Shown: one piece after another, positions 19,301 to 29,100 of the stretch
How positions within the stretch are numbered: position 1 is the first letter of the stretch
Layout: the number at the start of each line of letters is the position of its first letter
Assembly (NCBI GenBank): GCA_016933575.1
Contig: JAFGAR010000025.1
Coordinates: 52,888-116,887 of the forward strand
Origin: Candidatus Thorarchaeota archaeon
Lineage (GTDB): Archaea > Asgardarchaeota > Thorarchaeia > Thorarchaeales > Thorarchaeaceae
Direction of reading: 5' to 3'
DNA length: 64,000 bases
Made by a program: the position numbers and the translations under genes
The notes under the pieces: model-generated
What the model saw: the letters and a program-made list of their open reading frames with translations, nothing else
What the model was told of the DNA's origin: nothing
Databases searched by the model: none

Positions 19301-22300
19301 TGAATCTGAGGTTGAAGGGGCTAACATTGATTACTATGAACTTGAAATGGACCAATCGAGCAGTTTCTCAACTCCAAGTCAGTATGTTTCTGTAAGTACT
19401 TCTCATGAGTTGCATGATTTAGTCAATGGAACCTATTACCTTAGAGTACGAGCCGTTGATGATCGAGAGTTGAGAAGCAGCTGGAGTACAACAGGAACGT
19501 TCACAGTTGGAATTTCTTATATTGTACCAATCGACAGCATTCTACCAATACCTCTCTTCCATCAACATCCAAGAGGTGTCACTACATCCTATTTTTCGAT
19601 ATCGTGGTCATTACCTCAAAGCTATAATGAAAACGATTTTACTTATGAAATTCAGATTTCTGATGCGGCAGATTTCAGTGATGCATCGCCCATAATCACA
19701 ACACAAACAATGCAAATATTCACACTTGATAGAGAGGACTGGTATTACCTTCGGGTTCGTTCCTTCAATGCAACATACCAAAGCGATTGGAGTGAAACGA
19801 CAAGAATAGCAGTTCTAGTTTCCACCCTATCTATTGATAACTCTGAATACATCACGATAATTGAAAATAGTATAGACCAATTCATTATCTGGGAGATTAA
19901 TAGTCACTTTTACTTCAACTATTCAATAGAGATAGGTCATGAAATTCATGATGTTGGTTATTTCCGTGAAGAAAATGTCACACTCTCAGTACATGATTTT
20001 CCTGTGGGCACATATTACATTACGCTAACTGTCATTGATGTGATTGGCAGGGAATACCAAGCTGAAGTAGAATTGCATATCGCACAGAATTTTTCCGAAG
20101 TATTATCTATGCTTGGCACAACATCGCTTGTTGGCTTCTTTCTCTTTTTCATTGGAGTTTTAATCTACAAGAAATATCCTCGTAAGAACTGGAAAGATGA
20201 TGTACGACGTCAGGTAGAAAACACTGGTACAGTATCTTTAGAATTTCTCGCAACATCAAATGAAGTAAACGTCCCAATACTTACTGACCATCTCGCATCT
20301 GCAGATTATGCTCTAGTGTCTATTGCAGGTATTGTCTATAGTATCGGAAAAATCCTAGATGAAGTAAGAAACAAGCTATTTCACGAAGACCGGGTCGAGA
20401 TCTCACAATTCATCAATGAATATGGTTTACAACATGACCAATTTAAATCACTGATACTTAAGCACCAAAACGAATTCATACTAACTGAACATTACGTTTA
20501 TAATCGGACCAAAATAATTGAAAATCTTAAGGAACGTTTTCAGAAAACAAATTCACTTGATACTGATTTGTTCTATCAAGAAACAGATATTGCGCCTAGC
20601 ATAACCGAAACTCTGTTGAGTAAAACTGGTCTACATTGTTTCTCCTATAATGATCACACATTCAAATGTGTTGATTATGATGGATTGAAGTTCATTGATC
20701 AGGCAAAAGAGAATGGATTCGTTTTTGTGACTCAAGCTAATGAAAATTCATCAACATATCTTGGAGAACTAAAGTCGTTTCTTTCCTTGAGGAGGGAGGA
20801 TGTCGTATATAGTTCAAGCTTGAACCTTCTTGTTAGTACAAAATGGCTATCAAACTTGAGAACAGCCGTTTATGATCAAGGAAAAGTAGAAATCCAAGAT
20901 CTTGCCAACAAATACGGTATATCTCCAACCATTATGTTATCACTATTGCAATATTTCCTACAAGGTACCGTTTCATCAGACAATCAGCAGTTCTATGTAG
21001 AGTCACGTAGAATAGAGCGAGCTAGTGATGCTCCAACAACCAGATGGGTTCAACCTAGTCTGAGAACCGTATATCATTCGAACCCGCCACCTGCAGGTGT
21101 CCAATTCCAAGCACCGGTGATAAATGCAGAAGAGTCTGAACTAGCTAAATGTGTTCAGATATGTGGATGCATTTGGCTTCCAATCAGTCTTGTGATGATT
21201 TTCATTACCCCTTTTGGAAGTGCAGCTGTTATAGTTACAGCCATGCTAGCATTCCTGTGGAGATCGCTGTCAGGCAACCCAAAGAAAAATCTTGTCCGTG
21301 GACAAATTATACAAAAGCCTGCTAAATTGCAGCCTGATGGAAGATACTTGTGTCCATACTGTCTCACTCCCAAGGAATATGTTGCAGAAGAGATGAATGA
21401 TAAAGGATCGGTCTATTGCAAGGAATGCCATGCAATAATCCCTCTTAAAGTAGCATTTGAGTATCCTGCAACTGTTAGTGACACATCTGCCATTGAACCC
21501 ACTTCCTCTACATATGAAACAAGCGCTTCTAGAACTGAACCTAAAAGTACGACTAAGAGCGAAATTCCAAAACAGACACGCAGATTTATGCTTCTAGGAT
21601 GCATTGGTGTTGGATTAATCGTAATATCTTACATTCTTCAATACTATACCTACCTATTGATTTTTGAAATAGATACAATAGGGATGAGTGAGATTGTGTA
21701 TATTGCTTCAACCTCGTTAGATGTGGTCGGAAGCCTGTTATTAGCATGTGGACTCTTCGCATTACGTGAAAGACATTCTAGCTACTTCTTTGTAGCTGCA
21801 ATTGTACTATTGGTGGTTTTACCATTACGATTTTTGGTTGGGCCTATCTTGGTAGATTCTTTTGGTTTCTTGTACATATTGGCTATCTATTTCCTCCTAT
21901 TCTTGAAGTATCTGTTGATTGCATTGGGTATTTTAAAACAAAAAAGCTCTAGTGAGTATCCCTCACTATGGAATGGAACTTGGATAGTCCTTGTGGCCTG
22001 GGGATCTATTAATTCTTTCTTACCACTTCTTATGGGCGGTGTATATTCGCGTTCATCAATCGATATCGTCTATATCCCTGGTATAATTATGAATATAGTT
22101 GGAGGATTTGCCCTTAGCTTGATCTTTCTCTCGGAGATTAGAATCATTGATCCAACACCTATCATTCGTTATGCGGAAAAAATTATGGGATTTGTGATTT
22201 TAATCGCAGGGATAGGATTGTCCTTACTAGGTCTTATCAGTTGGGTAATCTATATTCCTGTTTTTAGCGAGAGCTGGTTGGGAGAAATTGGAGGTTTTAC

Positions 22301-22349
22301 TGCCATTATTGTTGGACTAGTATTGATTAGAAATGATCGAAGAACGTAA
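16302..22349 (+). CDS. 2015-aa multidomain membrane protein: AGE-fold, ThuA/GATase-like, LamG, 3x FN3, TM, wHTH/PCI-like repeats, TM hairpin, Zn ribbon, multi-TM bundle
   Basis: LamG motifs WHHVAGTYDG..LYVDG..FKGIIDEVRIYNRALS; FN3 repeats YELQID..YYLRVRAVD..SEWS; ThuA-like GLVGFH..HPIVQ..GGGRSVY; CPYC..CKEC. Confidence 0.85.
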   Translation: MQRRCFKLIFRGVKSRNTQIASLIVLLLISVCIFSINPPNLTLSTSKTKLINSEMLSPHGQSSPSISDSWSYNDYLTGIEEIFDTFNKFNLSKYGGGWQYEVTRDWTDAAFTNGKYIAHDSECIMGLLSAYVLIGDTKYLEYAEDIWNWDLTYFLDNTYGGYYVRLNQDNSVAIDDKGMFEHGWFGLATAQLYNVTGNSTYLNQMNYIYSFVTSNFYDFGDGSYYGALSRNLGVLVSDVDTNWCAPYARFLLSAYLFTGNSTFGDKAIELVDNLMNYAYDSQYGWIVNRVSSDWASFVNTAKGWYDVLQTFIDAYRVFSSPSYLIFAQTCFYDIQQAKSTAGYLREMNRDWTTTVNNELLGEEDPGVAIAYLRIACELENSTILQESYRYKDAIYAGLHDPVYGGIYRRIYSSGSQSTWKQWCGAGRVMEMLAEFATPSKNQTISVLVWGDADPNGQEKAGRTIAENLEEIGLNVTFVSDFSDLENELVDYNYQSLILVAMPWSDVYSNIPSSTENLIESLVSTSELGLVGFHDIIWQNANNPILETIFGGTLSSFRDRDSIYSIVNISHPIVQELPSSFLLDDDQLLRGSWESGVEIVMEADYLHTPVVVTNEYGGGRSVYIATGGGSGYSSAIVNNDTNLVQLYRNAVFWSCNITDNSETPSSNMALYFDGSDEVIIPSDSSLNPTSALTVMAWIHADDWVGNQRILQKGVDDQYRLLDEGNLEFGLAGVSGGDIGTPLPTTGEWHHVAGTYDGSTISLYVDGVERVSNSASGSLQTSSTSLYIGNKPLSSYPGDRFKGIIDEVRIYNRALSNQEINNTMINTSPATSGLVLYLSFDILDGFTCPDYSGYGNNGTNYGAEIVTSFDWNDINPHLEYPTTPQFENLPASISVDTFTAQWNESTLSGFVILYYELQIDTSPSFSSPNEYSVYATTYELTDLIDGIYYLRVRAVDERLLRSEWSSVSTISVDLPEIHYPTIPEFANLVPFVNTSMYTVEWTESEVEGANIDYYELEMDQSSSFSTPSQYVSVSTSHELHDLVNGTYYLRVRAVDDRELRSSWSTTGTFTVGISYIVPIDSILPIPLFHQHPRGVTTSYFSISWSLPQSYNENDFTYEIQISDAADFSDASPIITTQTMQIFTLDREDWYYLRVRSFNATYQSDWSETTRIAVLVSTLSIDNSEYITIIENSIDQFIIWEINSHFYFNYSIEIGHEIHDVGYFREENVTLSVHDFPVGTYYITLTVIDVIGREYQAEVELHIAQNFSEVLSMLGTTSLVGFFLFFIGVLIYKKYPRKNWKDDVRRQVENTGTVSLEFLATSNEVNVPILTDHLASADYALVSIAGIVYSIGKILDEVRNKLFHEDRVEISQFINEYGLQHDQFKSLILKHQNEFILTEHYVYNRTKIIENLKERFQKTNSLDTDLFYQETDIAPSITETLLSKTGLHCFSYNDHTFKCVDYDGLKFIDQAKENGFVFVTQANENSSTYLGELKSFLSLRREDVVYSSSLNLLVSTKWLSNLRTAVYDQGKVEIQDLANKYGISPTIMLSLLQYFLQGTVSSDNQQFYVESRRIERASDAPTTRWVQPSLRTVYHSNPPPAGVQFQAPVINAEESELAKCVQICGCIWLPISLVMIFITPFGSAAVIVTAMLAFLWRSLSGNPKKNLVRGQIIQKPAKLQPDGRYLCPYCLTPKEYVAEEMNDKGSVYCKECHAIIPLKVAFEYPATVSDTSAIEPTSSTYETSASRTEPKSTTKSEIPKQTRRFMLLGCIGVGLIVISYILQYYTYLLIFEIDTIGMSEIVYIASTSLDVVGSLLLACGLFALRERHSSYFFVAAIVLLVVLPLRFLVGPILVDSFGFLYILAIYFLLFLKYLLIALGILKQKSSSEYPSLWNGTWIVLVAWGSINSFLPLLMGGVYSRSSIDIVYIPGIIMNIVGGFALSLIFLSEIRIIDPTPIIRYAEKIMGFVILIAGIGLSLLGLISWVIYIPVFSESWLGEIGGFTAIIVGLVLIRNDRRT

Positions 22350-22520
22350 ATCCTTAGTATAATCCGGTCACTAAAAAAATCCTTCAATGGATAACATCTG
22401 TTAACTACAATCTAGTATCAAAAATACGCAATTGATGCCCTGCAACATGTATAGATTGTCTATCTCTCTTATAGGTTCTCTAACATCCGACCTTAAAGAC
22501 CTCACCCTGTAGTTTACCTT

Positions 22521-22817
22521 CTAAATCACTCGAAGGCTGACGCCTACCAGAGCTCGAAGTCTCTCAATCTCGTTCTGCAATTCGTGAATCCTTTCGATAT
22601 CTGCATGATAGACCTGTTTTCTCATGTCCATCAGATTGGGTACTTTTCGCAATAGTTTCTGTCTGATTAATTTCTGAAGGGCAAAGGTGACCGTTCTCAG
22701 CGGGATTTTTGATTCTCTTGAGAGATCACGTGGAGCCATCGGTCCATGAATTGCCAGATGGTCCAGTATCAGAAGAGCACTCTTTGGAAGGTCGTTTGGA
22801 GTCATCATATTCTTCAC
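22521..22817 (-). CDS. Small winged-helix (MarR-like) regulator
   Basis: LPKSALLILDHL..GPMAPRDL..IPLRTVTFALQKL..PNLMDMRKQVY. Confidence 0.8.
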   Translation of the reverse strand: MKNMMTPNDLPKSALLILDHLAIHGPMAPRDLSRESKIPLRTVTFALQKLIRQKLLRKVPNLMDMRKQVYHADIERIHELQNEIERLRALVGVSLRVI

Positions 22818-22959
22818 TATCCATTGACCTAAACGGCAAGTTTATGACGAAATAATTGCCGTTTATGTTACATGATTTATGATATGGACAATATATAAGA
22901 CTTAGTTTCTCCGTAATATCGCTATACAAGTGTGTCCTATAAAAAAGAGATGATAGATT

Positions 22960-24096
22960 ATGGCTAAGAAAAAAAAACTCACTCCAAAAGACAAAGCAAA
23001 CATGATACTCGATGCCTATACGGAACTTGGTGGAAAAGTATCTGCTGCGGAGTTGAGTAAACTCCTGAAAATCCACCCAAGAACCATTAGATACCATACA
23101 GCTCAACTCAAAAAGAAGGGCCACCTCGGTAGAGTATGGCCTCAGACCTTGGACACAAAACTTGGTCTTGGCGATTGTCTTGTAATTCTTGATATGTCTG
23201 AGGAATACCGGACACTCCCCAGAGATTTCCTCAATTGCTTTCCAAACTTCTATGCACACCTTGCAACGTTTGGAAAGTACAATGGCATTTTTGCTAGTGC
23301 AGGTTTTCCCCTTGCCAATCCTCAGATTGTTGATACTATCATACGTGCACTTGAAAGAAAGAGGATCATAAAGGATCATTTCATCCTCAACACTCTTGAT
23401 TTTGTTTCCTTATCTCCCAATCTCTCAAAGTACAATCCATCCACTGGTTGGGATTGGAGTTGGAGTGATTGGGTCGAACAATCTGAGAAAATCCTGAAAT
23501 CTGGAGAACCATCGCATCTGGAATTTGATACTAATCCAACCCCCATTGACTTTGATTATAGAGATGTTGCGATAATAGCTGAGATGAAACGTGATGGTTC
23601 TATAACACTGAAAGAACTAAGTAAGGTCTTAGACCTATCAGAGACGCAAATCGGAGCACGGATTCGACGGCTTAAGGATGTAGGAGTCATAAAGGGATTC
23701 ATGTGGATGATTGACAATACACCCAAGTCCATCTCTGTGTATAGTTTTCTAGAACTTACTGAACCAAATCATCCAATACTATCTTGTTTCTTGTATCTAC
23801 CTTTTAGAAAAGAGATCATAATGGAATCATCTGACAGGTATCTTATCCGATTAACAATGAATTCAAGTGATGTTATAGATTTCTTGAGGGGCTTTGAATT
23901 TCTTCGTCCACATTTACGATCCTATTTCATTCAGTTCGCCATTAATGTCCAGGTCGTACCTGGCGGAATGCATAGATTCTATTCACTCTACAGTAGGAAG
24001 AAAAAAGGTTGGGATATGCCTGTTGAAGATTATATCAGTGACTTTGAAAGATATCTCGATAAATTCACTGATTCACTCAAATCGAAATCCGATTAA
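22960..24096 (+). CDS. Tandem wHTH/AsnC-type transcriptional regulator
   Basis: Two HTHs (ELSKLLKIHPRTIRYH and ELSKVLDLSETQIGARIRRLKDVGVI) with a W-rich linker WDWSWSDW. Confidence 0.82.
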   Translation: MAKKKKLTPKDKANMILDAYTELGGKVSAAELSKLLKIHPRTIRYHTAQLKKKGHLGRVWPQTLDTKLGLGDCLVILDMSEEYRTLPRDFLNCFPNFYAHLATFGKYNGIFASAGFPLANPQIVDTIIRALERKRIIKDHFILNTLDFVSLSPNLSKYNPSTGWDWSWSDWVEQSEKILKSGEPSHLEFDTNPTPIDFDYRDVAIIAEMKRDGSITLKELSKVLDLSETQIGARIRRLKDVGVIKGFMWMIDNTPKSISVYSFLELTEPNHPILSCFLYLPFRKEIIMESSDRYLIRLTMNSSDVIDFLRGFEFLRPHLRSYFIQFAINVQVVPGGMHRFYSLYSRKKKGWDMPVEDYISDFERYLDKFTDSLKSKSD

Positions 24097-24167
24097 TCCC
24101 TCAACTCTCTCAATGAGTCCACTCCGCTTATATGGTTCCACATCAGCAGTAGCAATGTGAGATAGCA

Positions 24168-27100
24168 ATGGAGTCGCGAGATTCTGAACGCCCTACTCTC
24201 AGTTTAAGTGAAACTAATGAGATCCTCAAGAAACTATACGATCTATCTGGTACTGTGCATGAATTACCAAGTGAAAGAGATCGGAACTATCATGTAGTGA
24301 CAGATAGGGATGAGCGATATGTACTCAAAGTTGCTGCTGCGTCCGAACGAGAGGAAACACTTGCACTCCAAAATGCTATTCTAAAGCATCTAGCTCAGAA
24401 ACATTTCAATGTACCAATAGTACAGAATTCTCTCAACGGATTGGATATAGAACACGTCGGGTCCTCTTCTGGAGTTTCTCATTATGTTAGACTTCTCACC
24501 TATCTCCCTGGAAGAGTCCTTGCAAAGGTCAATCCCCATTCATCAAGTCTATCGACTGATTTTGGTAAGTTCTTGGGTACTCTGTCAAAGGCTTTGGCCG
24601 GTTTTAATCATCCCGGCGCTCATAGGGTGTTCTATTGGGATCTAAACCAAGCTAGTAACGTGATGCGTGAATATCTTCCACTAATCAGTGACCAATTCAA
24701 ACATTCACTTGTTGAGTATTTTCTGAATACCTATGAGACTCTAGTGCTTCCAAAGCAAGATGAACTACGGTCAAGTGTCATTCATAATGATGCAAATGAC
24801 TACAATGTCTTAGTAAGTCATCCTCATGATGATGAATCAAGGGCTTTCGGACTCCTAGACTTTGGCGATATGGTTTTTTCTCACACTATCAATGAGTTAG
24901 CCATTGGTATTGCCTATGCAATTCTGAATAAAACAGACCCGATTGATATTGCCCAAAAGATTGTCAGAGGATATCACTCTGTGTTTCCATTGAAAGACAC
25001 AGAGATTGAAGTTCTGTTTCCTCTTGTCTGTACTCGCCTAGCAATGAGTGTATCAATAGCAGCATATCAACAAAAACTTGAACCGCAGAATGAATATCTC
25101 CGAATTAGTCAAGAACACGCTTGGAAAGCACTCTCCATTCTAAGAGAAGTGCATCCCCGCTATGCTCTGTATTGTTTCCGTTCTGCGATTGGCTTGGAAC
25201 CGTGTCAACAATCATCAGCTGTAGTTCAATGGTTGAAAGATAATTCATCAGAATTATCTCATCCCTTGGAATTTCCACTTACTGAGGATAATTGCTCTGT
25301 GATTGACCTTAGTATTGGTAGCTTGGAAGTAGAGTCTCCTAATCACCTTGCTGACGCGCAAGCATTCGCAAATTTAATCGCAAAGCATCTAGAATCCACT
25401 GATGTAACAATTGGTATTGGTCGATATAACGAACCTCGTTTGATGTATCAAAGTGATCAGTATCTATCAACTGGAAGTGAGATGCGAACTGTCCATTTAG
25501 CAACAGATCTTTTTGTGGAACATGGAAGTCCAGTATTTTCAATCTATGATGGAAAGATTCACAGTCTACTTGATAATTCAAAACCACTAGATAATGGGCC
25601 AACTATCATCATAGAACACAGTCCAGCTCCTGAGAGTCCTCCTTTCTATGTGCTCTACAGCCATCTCTCAAGGAAATCACTCAATGGGCTCTCTAAGGGT
25701 CAACAAGTACGGCGTGGTGAACAGATTGCCACTGTAGGCACGCCCTCTGAGAATGGCGGCTGGCCACCTCATCTTCATTTTCAGTTGATTGTTGACATGC
25801 TAGATTGTGAAGGGGACTTCTTTGGTGTTGCGCCTCCAAGTAAACGAGAAGTATGGTTAAGTATCTCTCCTGACTCAAACTACATACTTCAAATACCTCC
25901 TTCCATCTTTCCCAGTTCCAACCTAAATCAAGAAGAGATACTCGATATTCGTCGGAAACATATCGGGCGGTCTCTCGGAATATCCTACAAGAGACCCTTG
26001 ACTATTGTCCGTGGATTTATGCAATATCTCTACGACGAAAATGGTCGAAGATACCTAGATGTTCGTAACAATGTCCCTCAAGTGGGTCATAGTAATCCTG
26101 TCATAATTGACGCGTTGACTAGACAATCTCATGTTTTGAATACGAATACACGGTATCTCCATGAAGGACTTGTGAAGTATGCGGAGCGACTGTGTTCTAA
26201 GTTGCCACTGTCTCTCAGTGTCTGTTTCTTTGTGAACAGTGGTAGTGAAGCAAATGAATTAGCATTACGTCTAGCACGAACTCATACTAGACAGCGAGAT
26301 ATTATTGCAATCGACGGTGCCTATCATGGAAACACTTCAGGATTGATTGACATTAGCTCCTACAAACACAATGGACCGGGAGGTGCAGGGGCTCCTGATT
26401 ATGTTCATGTGGTCAGAATGCCCGATATGTATCGTGGAGCTCACAAGGATACTGATGCCGGAAGTGAATACGCTAGTGAAATAGAGTCAACTATTCACGA
26501 GCTAACACACAAAGGACGAGGTATTGCCGCATTTATTTCCGAACCTCTCATGGGTTGTGGTGGGCAGATTGTCTTTCCGAAAGACTATCTCAAAGAGGCT
26601 TACAGGCATGTTCGAGCAGCTGGTGGCGTCTGCATATCTGATGAGGTTCAGACTGGTTTTGGACGGGTTGGAACTCATTTTTGGGGATTCGAAACTCAGG
26701 GAGTAGTCCCAGATATTGTCACTATGGGAAAACCAATTGGCAATGGACATCCAATAGGAGCGGTTGTAACAACGCCTGAGATTGCAGAATCCTTTGATAC
26801 CGGCATGGAGTTCTTCAGTACCACAGGTGGTAACACGGTTTCATGTGCTGTTGGTATGGCTGTTCTAGATGTCATAGAACAACAACAACTTCAGAAGAAT
26901 GCTCTTGACATTGGTCAATATCTCTTGACTCTGTTAAAATCTTTGAAAGATAGACATCCGATCGTTGGTGATGTTCGAGGGATAGGTCTCTTCATAGGAG
27001 TTGAACTTGTTAGAGACCCCGTTTCACTGGAACCCGCATCGAAAGAAACCAGGTATATTGTTGAGCGAATGAAAGATTTAGGTGTGCTAATCAGTCTTGA

Positions 27101-27230
27101 TGGTCCCCTAAACAATGTGCTAAAGATAAAACCCCCACTTATCTTTACAAGAGAGAATGCTGAACACTTAGTGACGACCCTCGATATCGTACTCTCAGAG
27201 GATCCTGTTAGAGGATCTACCCACTACTGA
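24168..27230 (+). CDS. Fusion of APH-family kinase, M23-like domain and class III aminotransferase/phospho-lyase (hydroxylysine kinase + phosphohydroxylysine phospho-lyase-like)
   Basis: Kinase IHNDANDYN and LDFGD; M23 HLATD, YSHL and PPHLHFQ; [28 protein letters not shown] and [11 protein letters not shown]. Confidence 0.92.
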   Translation: MESRDSERPTLSLSETNEILKKLYDLSGTVHELPSERDRNYHVVTDRDERYVLKVAAASEREETLALQNAILKHLAQKHFNVPIVQNSLNGLDIEHVGSSSGVSHYVRLLTYLPGRVLAKVNPHSSSLSTDFGKFLGTLSKALAGFNHPGAHRVFYWDLNQASNVMREYLPLISDQFKHSLVEYFLNTYETLVLPKQDELRSSVIHNDANDYNVLVSHPHDDESRAFGLLDFGDMVFSHTINELAIGIAYAILNKTDPIDIAQKIVRGYHSVFPLKDTEIEVLFPLVCTRLAMSVSIAAYQQKLEPQNEYLRISQEHAWKALSILREVHPRYALYCFRSAIGLEPCQQSSAVVQWLKDNSSELSHPLEFPLTEDNCSVIDLSIGSLEVESPNHLADAQAFANLIAKHLESTDVTIGIGRYNEPRLMYQSDQYLSTGSEMRTVHLATDLFVEHGSPVFSIYDGKIHSLLDNSKPLDNGPTIIIEHSPAPESPPFYVLYSHLSRKSLNGLSKGQQVRRGEQIATVGTPSENGGWPPHLHFQLIVDMLDCEGDFFGVAPPSKREVWLSISPDSNYILQIPPSIFPSSNLNQEEILDIRRKHIGRSLGISYKRPLTIVRGFMQYLYDENGRRYLDVRNNVPQVGHSNPVIIDALTRQSHVLNTNTRYLHEGLVKYAERLCSKLPLSLSVCFFVNSGSEANELALRLARTHTRQRDIIAIDGAYHGNTSGLIDISSYKHNGPGGAGAPDYVHVVRMPDMYRGAHKDTDAGSEYASEIESTIHELTHKGRGIAAFISEPLMGCGGQIVFPKDYLKEAYRHVRAAGGVCISDEVQTGFGRVGTHFWGFETQGVVPDIVTMGKPIGNGHPIGAVVTTPEIAESFDTGMEFFSTTGGNTVSCAVGMAVLDVIEQQQLQKNALDIGQYLLTLLKSLKDRHPIVGDVRGIGLFIGVELVRDPVSLEPASKETRYIVERMKDLGVLISLDGPLNNVLKIKPPLIFTRENAEHLVTTLDIVLSEDPVRGSTHY

Positions 27231-27319
27231 ATTAGTGGATAATACTCGATATTGCTACTACTAAGGTATTTACGTTCTTACTTCACTGGCACAACAATTG
27301 ACAACTTTCAGTGATATCA

Positions 27320-27877
27320 ATGACAGGGCAAGTTTCTGATGAATTTCGATACAATAGTGAGACCTATGCACTTGTTGGTATAGATGGCGAAGGACTTTAC
27401 ACAGCACATGATTTGGGACTAGAAGCGAGACCAGCATCAACTGCCTGCTGGCGAGGTTATCAGATGGTCTATGATTGCAGGGATGGAAAACTAGTCTTGG
27501 ACATGATGAATGTAAATACTCATAATCCAATCTCTATAAATGGTGTAGAACCCACAAAAGGCGACTGGATGTTCAGCCATATCTATGAGAATCTTAATCT
27601 CCAGACCAAATTTACAGGTTCTATCCTTCTGGGAAAAGACTTCATAGATGCAATGTATGTACACATGGGCTTCCAGAGTGCTGAATCTTATAGGACTGTC
27701 ATTGAGATTGAAGTGAAAGATGGGTTCATTATACGTGAAACGGATGTTTCATCTACTATGGAAGAACGGAGAAGGTCTAGAAAAGGAAAACCAACTGCTC
27801 CACCTTCAATGGAAGATGATGATATTCATAGTTGGATTGTTGATCGTTTCTCACAGGATTACAAGTCAGATGAATGA
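27320..27877 (+). CDS. Hypothetical protein
   Basis: Long ORF in operon-like position (MTGQVSDEF..STACWRGY..YVHMGFQ). Confidence 0.72.
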   Translation: MTGQVSDEFRYNSETYALVGIDGEGLYTAHDLGLEARPASTACWRGYQMVYDCRDGKLVLDMMNVNTHNPISINGVEPTKGDWMFSHIYENLNLQTKFTGSILLGKDFIDAMYVHMGFQSAESYRTVIEIEVKDGFIIRETDVSSTMEERRRSRKGKPTAPPSMEDDDIHSWIVDRFSQDYKSDE

Positions 27878-27943
27878 GATGGTCATAATCATATCATCTA
27901 TGATGCAGTAGCCTCATATGGGGATACTGCATTGTGAAACGAA

Positions 27944-29092
27944 ATGTTAGTGAAGCCTGATTATTCAAACAGCATTGTTAATCTGATGAGCTCGATTGTA
28001 CAGAGTAGCGGAGTCAACAGCCCCTATTCTCCATTAGAGATTCTCCCTCCCAATGATCTTGAAGATATCGACAATATTCTGCTTATCGCCATTGATGGAC
28101 TGGGTTATAACTATCTCAAGAAAACAGGTTCTCAGACCTTCATGAAGCATCATCTTAAAGATTCTATAACCTCTGTCTTTCCTCCTTCCACAGGTTCAGC
28201 CATGTCTTCAATATACATTGGATTGGCACCACAGCAACATACACTAGTTGGTTGGTGGGTCTATCTTAGGGAGTATGGAATTGTATCTCGAATCTTGCCT
28301 TTCAGCAATGTCGTAGATTACAATGTATTTGGGACGAATATTGCACATGTTATTGACACAAATCCACTCCCACCAAGCATGAACAGAGACAACCATATCT
28401 TTCTTCGAAAGCAGATAGTTGATTCGACTTTTACCAGACATGTTGTTCAAAGTGCCAATAGGGTTGGATATACAGACATTGACGATTTCTTCCAAAGTAT
28501 AAAGAGAACTATATCAACTCCCACTTCAAATCAATACCTCCTTGCTTACTGGCCTCAGCTTGATGAAATAAATCATCTACTTGGACCATCCTGCCATGAA
28601 GCATCTGAACATCTCGTTGAAATAGATTCAAGGTTGCAAATGCTTGTAGAGGATCTTAAAGGGACTAACACAAAAATCATCATAACTAGTGACCATGGTT
28701 TCAATGATGTTCCAAAGGAGAATCAGATACTCACTCAAGATTACCCTGAATTCACGGATTCTCTGATTCTTCCTCTGTGTGGGGATACTCGCTCAGCCTT
28801 CTGTTACATACGTCCCAAACGAACACATGAGTTCGAGAAATATGTAGAACGAAATCTAAGCGATATCTGTGATCTTTTTGTGAGTGAAGATCTGATCGCA
28901 CAGCATTGGTTCGGTCAACACACGATGAATCCAAAGCTACCCAGCCGTGTAGGAGATTATACTCTCATATGCAAAGAAAATTTTGCTATCATAAACTCCT
29001 ATCCGGGCATCGAAACCCCTAATCTACTCGGCCATCACGGTGGTTCAAGTTCTGATGAGATGCTTGTACCTCTAATAGTATACGACTGTTAG
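27944..29092 (+). CDS. Alkaline-phosphatase superfamily (NPP/type I phosphodiesterase-like)
   Basis: IDGLG, SVFPPSTGSA, DEINH, TSDHG and GHHGG motifs. Confidence 0.88.
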   Translation: MLVKPDYSNSIVNLMSSIVQSSGVNSPYSPLEILPPNDLEDIDNILLIAIDGLGYNYLKKTGSQTFMKHHLKDSITSVFPPSTGSAMSSIYIGLAPQQHTLVGWWVYLREYGIVSRILPFSNVVDYNVFGTNIAHVIDTNPLPPSMNRDNHIFLRKQIVDSTFTRHVVQSANRVGYTDIDDFFQSIKRTISTPTSNQYLLAYWPQLDEINHLLGPSCHEASEHLVEIDSRLQMLVEDLKGTNTKIIITSDHGFNDVPKENQILTQDYPEFTDSLILPLCGDTRSAFCYIRPKRTHEFEKYVERNLSDICDLFVSEDLIAQHWFGQHTMNPKLPSRVGDYTLICKENFAIINSYPGIETPNLLGHHGGSSSDEMLVPLIVYDC

Positions 29093-29100
29093 TTATTCTC

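Noticed and set aside
11951-22450. Provirus or transposon as the source of the AT-rich island
   Set aside because: No integrase, transposase, capsid or terminal repeats recognised.
22726-23379. 217-aa minus-strand ORF
   Set aside because: Antisense to a well-supported regulator and overlapping another gene; no motifs.
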